Assembly (NCBI RefSeq): GCF_006345805.1
Contig: NC_043002.1
Span: 42,284,001-42,348,000, forward strand
Origin: Octopus sinensis
Lineage: Eukaryota
DNA length: 64,000 nt
Reading direction: 5' to 3'
Of the stretch, positions 53,509-64,000 are shown piece by piece. Made by a program: the position numbers and the translations under genes. The number at the start of each line of letters is the position of its first letter. Position 1 is the first letter of the stretch. The notes beneath the pieces were generated by a model, which worked only from the letters and a program-made list of their open reading frames with translations, searched no databases and was not told the origin of the DNA.

Positions 53509-54450
53509 TACATGCGTAAACTCACAAGGAATGAAGCCAGTATGATCTGATGGATGGATGGATGTGTAATGTCAGTGTGCATACTCGACAGAGTGTAAGT
53601 ACCTTGAAAGAAAAGTTGGACCTAAGAAGCATCAGATGTGGTGTGCAAGAGAGATAATGGCGCTGATATGGTCATGTGGTGAGAATGGATGAATATAGCT
53701 GTGTGAAAAAGTGCCACACCCTAGTGGTTGAGGGAACCTGTGGAAGAGGCAGACCCAGGAAGAGCTGGGATGAAATGGTGAACTTCGAAAATTAGGCCTC
53801 ACCGAGGCAATGACTAGTGACTGAGACTTTTGGAAATATGCTGTGCTTGAGAAGACCTGGCAAGCCAAATGAGACCACAACCTCATGGCCTATGCCAGGA
53901 GTGTAACTTATGCATACCTTTGCTTCATTGGAAACTAAAATCTGCTTGCGAAGACCTGTTGAGGCAAGTGAAATCGAAATCGAATTCAATGACTGGCATC
54001 CATGCTAGTGGAGCGGTAAGAGTACCATCCAAGCATGATCGTTACCAGAGTGGCTAACTGGCTTCCGTGCCGGTGGCATGTAAAAAGCACTATTCAAGCG
54101 TGATTGTTACCAGCATCACCTTACTGGCACTTCTGCTGATGGCACATGAAAAAACATTCGAGCGAGGTCGTTGCCAGTGCTGCTGGACTGGCTCCTGTGC
54201 AGGTGGGATGTAAAAAACACCATTTGAGCATGGCCATTGCCAGTACCGCCTGACTGTCTCTCATGCCAGTGGCGCATAAAAACACCCACTACACTCTCAG
54301 AGTGGTTGGCGTTAGGAAGGACATCCAGCTGTAGAAATTCTGCCAGATCAAGATTGGAGCCTGGTGCAGCCATCTGGTTCACCAGTCCTCAGTCAAATCG
54401 TCCAACCCATGCTAGCATGGAAAGTGGACATTAAACAATGATGATGATGA
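53508..54450 (+). mobile_element. RTE LINE 3' portion with complete 3'UTR and (GAT)n tail
   Basis: Same family as 42130-44100; five ~65-bp tandem units at 53992-54290; ends CAACCCATGCTAGCATGGAAAG..(GAT)n. Confidence 0.88.
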
Positions 54451-54494
54451 TATATATATAATATATTATTTATTATATGTGTATATATATATAT

Positions 54495-54735
54495 AAAAAG
54501 CACCATCCGTTCGTGGCCGTTTGCCAGCTCTGTCTGGCACCTGTGCGGGTGGCACGTAAAAAGCACCCACTACACTCACGGAGTGGTTGGCGTTAGGAAG
54601 GGCATCCAGCCGTAGAAACACTGCCAGATTTGACTGGGCCTGATGAAGCCTTCTGGCTTCACAGACCCCAGTAAAACCGTCCAACCCATGCTAGCATGGA
54701 AAACGGACGCTAAACGATGATGATGATGATGATGA
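54495..54735 (+). mobile_element. Second RTE-type 3' end (variant subfamily)
   Basis: Same terminal motifs and (GAT)n tail; minus-strand sister at 52962-53148. Confidence 0.8.
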
Positions 54736-54906
54736 TATATATATATATAATTTAAAAATAGGATAAAATCTTCATAAGAATTTATCAAGTAGTTAGTGTG
54801 AAATAGTGCCCTCTATATGATATATAATATATAGAGAGAGAGAAAGAGAGAGAGAGAATAGACTTCAGTTTATGTCAACTAAATTCACTCACAAGGCATT
54901 TGTGAG

Positions 54907-55397
54907 TCTGTGCTATCCATCTTACAACAGTGCAAAGCAGTAAACTTATATGGGCAGTAGTTTATCCTCACAACTGTCTACAGACACATTTAACATTAGC
55001 CCAAGGTGCTGTGTAGTGGTGCTGAACCCAAGATCACATGGTTGGGAAGCAAGCCTCTTAACTGCACAGGCATGCCAATTTCAATAGGAAACACTGTACC
55101 TTGTACTCCAGATGCTTCTCCTCTTGTACTAGACCAGAGAAATGGTTGTTCAAATTTGTTACAGGGAAACAATCAAGAAATGATGCTTGCACACTACTAT
55201 TTGCTGTAAAACACACACCACACACACAATGAACATCTTCATCTGTTGATCTAAAAGAAATATTAATTTCAGCAATAAAATGCATCCACACTATTAATGG
55301 CTAATGTTAAATGTGTCTGTAAACAGTTGTGAGGATAAACTAACTACTGTCCATATAAGATTACTGCTTTGCACTGATGTAAGATGGTTATCACAGA
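54907..55397. repeat. ~95-bp inverted duplication (54907-55001 and 55299-55397)
   Basis: The two arms are reverse complements with a few substitutions and one 4-bp indel. Confidence 0.9.
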
Positions 55398-56240
55398 ACA
55401 ATTGCCAGAAATGATTCATAAAGCTATTTTATATTCTTGAGATTCTTGTTAATAGTCGATGACAAAAATTTTGCAATTTATTTAGTAGGTGGTAGATATC
55501 TTTGAAAAACTAAATAATATTAAAAGAATTGGAGGAGCAAATATGACTCTCAGTGATTGAAAGACAAAATACTTTCACTTCATTACATTTCTGGAATTAT
55601 GTCAAAAGATATTTCTATAAGAAAATGCAACTAGTTTTATTGGTTGGATAAGTGTAAGGTATCTAACATGATGTTTTGCATGTCATTGTAAGGATGAAAG
55701 GTCTGTAACACTGGAGGGGTGCAGCTCTCATCCCTTACATTAAATTATTTATCGAAGGAAAAACCAAGAATTCCTAATATCTTCGACAACATAAATATTT
55801 TATTTCTGGATTCGCAATATATACATTCTTCTTCGGGGTGAATCGGTAGCCTAGGAGCTAGTTGCAGTAGTCAAGTGGAGTGAACCAAATCCTGTCCGTT
55901 TTAGCATAGTGTAGCAATGCCACAAGGTGGCAGCTTGGGAGAGCAGCTAAAATACATCCTTCATGTTCGACTGTTAGCTTTGAGAGAGATTGATACACGG
56001 GAAATTTTGCTGCTGCTAGTTTTCTGCACATGTGCATGAGGGAACCTCTGGCAGGCCTCCTGGAAGAATCCAACTCTGTGCATGCGCGCTGAAGACTTTC
56101 AAAACGGCATCACTCCAGTAGCTTATTTGAAAATACAGATTTAAAAGAAATGAGGTAGGTGCAAGTTAAGAAGTTTGCTTCCTGACTGCATAATTGAGGT
56201 CCAATCTTACATGTGACACCTTAGACAAGTGCCTTCTACT

Positions 56241-57012
56241 CTGTGGTGTAGCTAATTGGGGAGCAAGAGGAGCGACCTCTTCCCCTCAGCACATTTTTCA
56301 AAGCTGGTGCTTTTCCTACAAGTCTTTAACCCTTTCGTTACTGTATTTATTTTGAGATGTTCTGTGTTTCTCCAAATTATTTCAAATATAAGAAAGAATT
56401 TTGTAAAATAACTTAGTTATCATTCAGCTAGTGTTAGGAACAGGTATTTGTGACTAAGGTTTGGTGGAAGATTTTAATTAAAAACTTATGAAAACAAGAC
56501 ATTTGTACTACAGAGCCAGAGCTGGTTTCAGCCAGGTTGATAATGAAAGGGTTAAACTCTTTAGTTTACTTGTGGGATAAAAGTTGAATATTGTTTTGTT
56601 TTTTTTTTGCCTTGAAAGAACTTTCTAGAGTCATGGCTTTCGAAGAACTTTCTGGAGTCATTACTGTATTTGACCAATCCTCCATGCTTTTGAACTGTCT
56701 GCTCATCCTCCTGTAATTACAGGACGTTTGAAAAACCAAAACAATCACTGACGTCATAACCTCTCAACACTGGACGATCCTGTGAAGCTTCGTTTTTTTT
56801 TCACATCACACCTATATCAGTAGTTTTAAGTTTCATACACAATGACATTGTTACTGAAACATGATATTAATGTATGTAGAATACAATTATAGCTAATGAA
56901 ATATTTTGTGCAATATGAGAGAAATGAGTTGATAAATCGTTTGCTATGTGTCACGGCACCTTTTTAATGTGCTCATGTCCCCCTAATTTTATAAGCTGGC
57001 TTTTATAACCTG
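56241..57012. mobile_element. hAT-type non-autonomous DNA transposon inserted in a SINE
   Basis: 8-bp TSD CTTCTACT/CTTCTGCT, CTGTGGTGTAGCTA...CCTG termini; SINE A sequence is contiguous across it. Confidence 0.6.
56326..56555. mobile_element. piggyBac-type MITE
   Basis: TTAA-CCCTTTCGTTA ... TAATGAAAGGG-TTAA. Confidence 0.85.
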
Positions 57013-57344
57013 CTTCTGCTATATAGCTTCAGGGTAACCAAAGTCCTAGATTTGGTAGACAGAAACTAAAAGAAGCCCGTTTTGAATATGTATGCATATG
57101 TATATATATGTAAGCATATGTATTCTTGTGTTTTCTTATTTTAACATCATATGATTGCTGTCAATGAATGTCATTCATTTCCAATATTCAGTCTTGCATG
57201 GAAACAGGTAACGTTGACAAGAGGAAAGGTATCAATAAACTCCAAACATGGAAAAGTGCATGTTAAGATGGTGATAATAATGATGATGATGGTGCTGCTG
57301 TTGCTGATGATGATGATGAAAATAACCATAGTTATTGTTAGAGG

Positions 57345-57835
57345 ATCCATGTGAAGATGGTTTAAAATACCAAGAAAATTTCAAAATGCAGAAATGATTG
57401 CTAAAGAGAACTAGATTCCAGAGCAAGCATACAATGTTGATGAAACTGCACTTTTCTGGAAGACTATACCTGTTAGAACTTTTTTTTTCTTGAGAAGAAG
57501 AATCAACACTAGGATTTAATCAAGCATTCAGATTATTCTGTCAAATGTAATGTTTATTTATTCACATTGTTTTGAATTACTCCTGTAGCTTTGAGATTTC
57601 AATGAGTTGCCGGCTTATTTTTAAGATGACATTGTAGGGTGGGTGTGCTAGACAGATCTGGTCAGCTTAAACATAAAGCAACTACAATATTTGGGCCAGA
57701 TATTGCCAGTTTGAATGTTAAAAGGTTAAAGCTTCCAAAAATTATCTGGTGCTTCTCTGGGAGAAAATACTGGTGGTAACATGAAATTGAAGTCCCTTAT
57801 CAATCCAAGGCCTTTCAAAGGTTATGCAAAGTTTA
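57345..57835 (+). mobile_element. Tigger/pogo transposase fragment
   Basis: PEQAYNVDETALFWKTIPVRTF, GFKASKN, MKLK, NPRPFKGY; split by a MITE. Confidence 0.8.
57516..57729. mobile_element. piggyBac-type MITE (decayed left end)
   Basis: TTAA at both ends, right TIR AATGTTAAAAGG-TTAA; removing it restores GGA TTT AAA GCT TCC AAA (GFKASK). Confidence 0.8.
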
Positions 57836-58353
57836 ATTTACTTCTGATTTGACTAAGCATTTTTGAAGAGTTGGTGTACAAATATTTTTTTTTGTCCTGA
57901 TGTTAGAACAAGAACAAGCTGAGACTACAGCTGAGATTATGTAAATCATATTTAAATTGACAGCGAAGAACTTTGTTGAAGGTTTGGCACTTATAAAAGA
58001 GGAAGGTCTGCAAATTTTTCCCGACAACCTTAATCGTGAATGTAACATAAAAATTACATGGGGAGTTTACAAATGAGCTCACTTTCTATTCTGAGCAGTA
58101 CTAAGAGATGCCGCACCTCAAACATCAAACAATTTTTGATAAATTCTTGGCCCCCTCAAGTAAATTTTGATGAAAATAAACTATAAGATAGAAGATAGTG
58201 TACCTCATCCTTGCAGTAACTATCATTCCACTACCACCTTTCACAGTAGCTAACATCCCTTGGGGTAAAAATGTACCCTAATGCAATACCATGAGTCTTG
58301 TTCCCTAATGTATTGCTCTTCAAATGTTCTTCTGTATAAATTTGTACAGTGTA

Positions 58354-58785
58354 TTCTTTTATTCTTTTACTTGTTTCAGTCATTTGACTGCCGCCATGCT
58401 GGAGCACCACCTTGAAAGTTTTTAGTCAAAGAATCGTTGCCAGGACTTATTTTTTAAGCCTAGTGCTTATTCTATCTGTCTCTTTTGCTGAACCACTAAG
58501 TTACAAAGGCGTAAACACACCAGCACTGGTTGTCAAGTAGTGGTGGTGGGGAAAACAAACACAGATACAACAACACACACACAAATATATACATCTCTCT
58601 CTCTATATATATATATACATATATAAGTATAATGGGCTTCTTTCAGTTTCCATTCACTAAATTCATTGACAAGGCTTTGGTTGGCCTGAGACAATAGTAG
58701 AAGACACTTGCCCAAGTTGCCATGCAGTGGGACTGAACCTGGAAGCATGTGCTGGGGATGCAAGCTTCTTACCACATAGCCACAA
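58354..58785 (-). mobile_element. SINE family A, full length, CpG-decayed
   Basis: Reverse complement of head/CORE/microsatellite/tail. Confidence 0.85.
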
Positions 58786-59248
58786 CTGGAAATTGTAATT
58801 TTCATGTATAAAAGTTGTTGTGGTACTTGGCTTTTCTTGTTCGTCTTTTGAAAAAAATTCATCTAAACGCATTATCATTTTACAACATGGAAATCAATAG
58901 GAACATTAATTTTGCTTTATGGCAAAATTTTCAGGAATGCATTACTATTGTAAGAGCAATTTTGATGCCCTGAACTCAAGGTGCCAGATGCAAGGAAGTT
59001 ATTGAATATGTATACTATTTGCAACATTAGCTTTTTGTCGATTTGTTACTGTTTTTAATAGTTTGAATTAGATTTTTGCATGAACAGTGATTTTTGGTTT
59101 TCTTTCAGCAGTATAGAGTGGCCCTTGGATAATATAAAATATTTTTAAAAAAATTAAAAGACATAATGAACACATGACAGAGAGTGGGTTGCATGTCACT
59201 TATTGGAGCAATTTGAAGGCAATATGAATCAACAAGGAATCTTTACAT

Positions 59249-59380
59249 CAAGCATGGGCAATCTTTTATGAGGTGTGGGCCACATGAGACATGATTCATC
59301 ATCAGCCAAGCCATATTGCTAAAAAAAAGGTTCTAGGTACCATTTAGAAACTCCTATGTGTCATAGCTTGCCCATGGCAG
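59249..59380. mobile_element. Short hAT-like MITE
   Basis: CAAGCATGGGCAA ... TTGCCCATGGCAG inverted ends. Confidence 0.5.
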
Positions 59381-60973
59381 CTCAACGTGGTCTGTTCAAG
59401 ATAGCAGTCAATCTTCCTCAAATGATACTTCAGTTATAAAAAAATAAAGCAGAAGGATACATTATATGATAAAATCTAGAAAAATTGTCCGATAAAAAGC
59501 GATGATTATGGCAGGAACCTTTTTTTTTTCAGTATAGACCTGCTCAATCAAGGTTGAGTTCCTGATCAACACTTTGATGGTGGTATATTAAGTTTAAAGG
59601 CTCAAATATTGGCAATCCTTCTGTATTGGTAGAGGGTGGCAGCATTCACCTATGCAATCTTGTGACATAGAGGCTAGGTTGAAAAGAAGGTGAATGACGT
59701 CGTATACCAATACCGAAAGATCGTCAAAATATTTAATCTTTAGATATCACCGAGCTCTGTGTGTTGATATTTAGCTACAGATTGACTTTTATTGAACAAA
59801 ACTATGATCAAACGCATTGCAACTATGACCATCCCATATTATTGACAAAGTGTATCTAAGACTACAATATTCTTATGTGTCTTTTTCTTAAAGTTGTTGG
59901 GTGATAATGAAAAGAGATTTGGCTCGGGCAATTACGTAGCTGCACTTTCGTTAACTCATGAGAAGTTGTAAAAAGAAAATAGCCAATGGACCTCAGAGAC
60001 TTAGACGTATTTAACACAAATGTGTAAAAGTTCCAATTCTCCCCGTCCTATTCCACCCAACCATTCTCCCAAAACTACATTCTTTACATTGTCCTTTGGT
60101 TGTAAAGATAAACGCACATTAGTGACCGATCATCGAACTTACTTGTCCCTAAATATCTGTTCTAGCGATTAAATCATTTCCTTTAGTAATTTAGTTAGCA
60201 AGCCTTCTTATATTTTTGAAAACTATACAATTATTCTATCAATCTTTTTAGAAGACAAAAGAAAGAAAAAAAAGAAAAACAACTTCCTTATCTGCAAACG
60301 ATCTTGTAGCATAACTAAAATTTAATTCGGAAAGGTTTAGTCATATAGTTTGAGAGTATGTATGTTTTACTGTATTTCATTAAAATTGAATTACATATAC
60401 AGGTTTCACCACGTCTCGTGGTAACAAAAGGGATATTGTTCTCCTAAATATGATAAGCTCTAAATGAAAGTCTTGATCAGATGTAATTTATATTCTATAT
60501 ATATAGACTTAGATTTTATTGGCAACAGCTGCCAGTCTTTTTCTCTTTGGCTAACTTATACACACACACACACACATATATATATGTATATATATTTCAC
60601 TTACTGACAGAACGCTCACATACAAGCATATGGCACACATATTTGCATATATATTTACATATATATGTGCACGTGAGTGTTGCATTTGTTTGCGTTTCGA
60701 TTCCCAATTTTATTTCAGTTATCTGCATGAAACAACAGAACGCACCTGATTTTTTATGTCATATGTAATTCGGCACAATTTATATCACTAAGCATATTAA
60801 AAAGAAAAAATCGTTTCGTACGTATTTATAAATCCATGTTCTATCTTATAATTCACAGTAATTAAAGTGGATGAGCGAATGAGGTTTATCATGGTAGGCC
60901 TTCTTGAAAAGAAATATATATATAAAACAGTAAACAAAGCCAAGTACACACACGTGCAGATTGAAGAAAAGGA

Positions 60974-61038
<65 letters not shown>

Positions 61039-61099
61039 TATGGGAAAGTATGTTAGGCTGCACTTAAACATGAATTTAATAAGTAGTTAAATAAAAACA

Positions 61100-61968
61100 A
61101 AAACAGAAAGGAAATAGTAGCAAGGTCACCGAAGAGAGAGAGAGAGAGAGAGAGTTTGTGTGTGTGTGTATATTTCTCCAATGTAACTAACCATCATTGG
61201 TAAGTTGACCTGTAAATTGTTAAAACAACGAAGTTATATATGTAGAACGAGGAATGTTGGTGCCACATCCCACTGCTCTGGTCAAATGGTCATTAACATC
61301 GATGGCTCTCAAGCTTGCTCTATAAATAGTCTCAGCTTCATCATATGATATTACCATTCAGCCGAAGTGTAGATGGCACTATCACCACTAACTACTATCA
61401 CCACCACCACCACCACTAAGCCAGCCAGTAATACACGCTTCCGTCTACACCGACCCTACTGCATATAGTAGTTTGTAGCAACAATAACAACAGCAGCAGC
61501 TGTTTAGATAGAAAGATTCGGCTTCAGGAGTTTGGTGTTGTGTTGTGTGGGGTTTGAATGGAATACAGTACCGTGATACCCAAACCTACAGCTGCTACTT
61601 AACCTTAAAACGCATCTATGTTTCACCATAACTCATAAATAAGAAAACATACTCACACACAAGCGTGTATGTTAATGTACGTATTGCGAATGTGCGTAAA
61701 TCGACTGCTTTCTTAGTAGTTATAAATTAAAAATTATATAAATATATATTCTATACAAATAGTTGTGAGAGGAATGCAATCGTTGTTCATGTCTATAGCA
61801 AGCCAATTAATACAAGGATATATTTAATGTTCCAACAGTGTTAACTGATGGCGCTATTCGCTTGGAAAAAGTCCATATTTCTGCTGACAACCGAAATAGG
61901 ATGGCTCTTGTGTTATAGTTTAGCTTCAAGCACCGTCTGTCTTTCTCGATAATACACACTCATATATA

Positions 61969-62026
<58 letters not shown>

Positions 62027-62450
62027 TATATTGTTAATGTAAATGTGTGTGTTTGTTTTTAGAGCTGTGACCGACTCGCCGAGACTTCAATTAGTGTAAA
62101 CTACTACTACTGCTGCTTGATTCACCACCGATCATTTTCTAAGTATTGTGTGTGTGTGCGTGTTGGCTGAATGTTTATTATACGTATGTATATGTCTTCT
62201 TTATTACTGTGTCTCGCCTATTGTCATAGCCGGGTGTGGCCGTCATACGGACGGGTGGACGGACGGACGACGGTCAGTCAGCAAACCACTAAGCAATTGT
62301 TACCTCTATTTTGTCCTGGATGTTACACTTAAGGAAAGAAAAAGAGACCATCTCCCAAACGAACAGAAGAGATACAACAGAAAAAGCCTCTATCTGTTCT
62401 AAAACCAGGCTAAAGAGCTTATTACTTCTACCAAGAAGAAAACAGCTGCT
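61100..62450. promoter_or_regulatory. TE-poor, CpG-retaining unique region; possible promoter or 5'-exon region of an unidentified host gene
   Basis: CpGs reappear after ~59.7 kb; no recognisable TEs; TATAAATA at 61321; splice-like motifs near 61190-61212. Direction unresolved. Confidence 0.25.
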
Positions 62451-64000
62451 ACAGTTTACTTAAAATGGATGAAAATAATTTAATCGTTATTGGATCTGAT
62501 GGTAAGGCTTTTTATTTACGCATTTATCAAATTCAAAGGCCAATATCAATCCTGGATGTAATTCTTTTTATATTTTTCTTTTTGTATAGAATTTTCTTTC
62601 AGTTTTGTCAAAGTTGTTTTTCAATGAAATTCAAGCTGAGGGTTCTGGGAATTAAAATATACGTATTTCTCGCACAGAGAAAATACTTGTCCGCATTATA
62701 GAAAAAAAAAAAAAAAAACTATTTTTATTTCTAATCTCTGTTTTTTATATTCATGTTTTTATGCATTGAGATTTATACTTCCATATGTATTACTTATGCA
62801 GACTTAAAGGAATCTAAGATATGTTTTTCTGTGCGTGTGTCCCTGAAGTGTGTGTGTGCTTGTTATGTATATTGGTTGTGTTATGTATTTATTTCAAAGG
62901 CAGATATCAATCATGAATGTTATTTTTTGTTTTTATATCCTATATTTGCGATTTTCTTTTAATTTAGTCGAAATTATCTTTCCTCTGTGAAATCTATACG
63001 CATTGCGTGTGTGCGCTTAATTGCGTTTGCGTGTATATGTGTCTGGCGTGCCTGTGTATACCTAATCTTATTATAATTTTCTGAACTGAATCCGATGTAT
63101 TTGTAACTTTCAAATGTATATATAGATGTTTGTTTAATTATGTGCACAATTTCTGTAATAAGAATTTTCAAGCGTTTACTTCGGCTCTGTGTGTCTGTGA
63201 AAATCCTGTCTGGACTAGCTCTGTGCGTGTCTATAATATATATACATATATAGAGACACACACACACACAGTGAGCTAGTATGATATATATTTATAAAAT
63301 TTCCAAAATGAAATGTTTTCTAAACGTGTATACATATATGCGTGTGTGTCAGTGTGTATAAAGAGCGGTGCGAAAAAATCACGTCATACCAAAAATATGA
63401 GGTAATTTTAGCTAGTTCGATAGATGAGAAAATAACCTCCCGGCGAACCGAATATACTAAACAAAGTTCGATTCCCAGTCATTTTATTTTTTTTTTTATT
63501 TTTTTTTTTTACCCTCAGTTTATGTTGCTAAAACCCTTGGGAAAGGTATGGATACCACGTTAATAATATCTTGTTTTTTTGGTGAAGCTTAAAAATCTGT
63601 GTTAATTTTTAGTTACCAAAGATTATTTGTTTATTGAACTCTCTTCGCATCCACGAAGAATTTTTTGGTACCTTCCTCTTCACCCGTTGTAGCTACAACC
63701 GATTAGTCATGCTTCCTCGAATCAGCAAGGGAGCCTATACGACCTTTCTTTAGAAATAGATGTCAGACCTTCTTCAGATCAGACTATACCGTTCCAAAAT
63801 AAAAGGACACACTCGATAATGTTGTCAGCAGTACACTATTATTTATTTGAAAGAAGAGAAAATATGGTCACATTTGGAACGCCTATGATGATGAATCTAG
63901 TCATTGAAGGTTGACCTGGGGCTAAACAATTCAGGGTTGTTTCGACACCTTTCGTTGCTCCCTACTGCCAGCCTGCTTTCCTAATCTAATGACTCCTTTA

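Noticed and set aside
53992-54290. CRISPR-like repeat array
   Set aside because: Units are homologous along their whole length with no unique spacers, lie in a LINE 3'UTR, and there are no cas genes
54907-55397. MITE with 95-bp TIRs
   Set aside because: No TSD, and SINE sequence is continuous across only the left arm; this fits a templated insertion better

Overview
AT-rich, microsatellite-dense animal genomic DNA, most likely an octopus. This is inferred from the SINE and LINE repeat families, not proven. I found no convincing host protein-coding exon, rRNA, true tRNA or CRISPR array. The window is a mosaic of mostly decayed transposable elements: RTE/BovB-type, R4/Dong-type and CR1-type LINEs, two Gypsy LTR-retrotransposon relics, a Penelope-like (Naiad-type) relic, Helitron, mariner and Tigger fragments, several MITEs, at least four tRNA-derived SINE families and many simple repeats. 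Most long ORFs in the track are microsatellite artefacts. The most interesting signals are: (1) a tandem array of ~65-nt units in an RTE 3'UTR, each able to fold a hairpin plus a compact H-type pseudoknot; (2) a PHD finger inside the RT domain of the same RTE; (3) fossil hammerhead ribozymes inactivated by CpG decay, including a head-to-head palindromic pair; (4) (TAA)n-targeted, stacked Dong elements; (5) a triple C2H2 tail on an RTE; (6) a templated inverted insertion inside a SINE; (7) a CpG-decay domain (~16-59.6 kb) suggesting the methylated body of an unidentified host gene. All family names come from motif recognition by eye, and most element boundaries are approximate.
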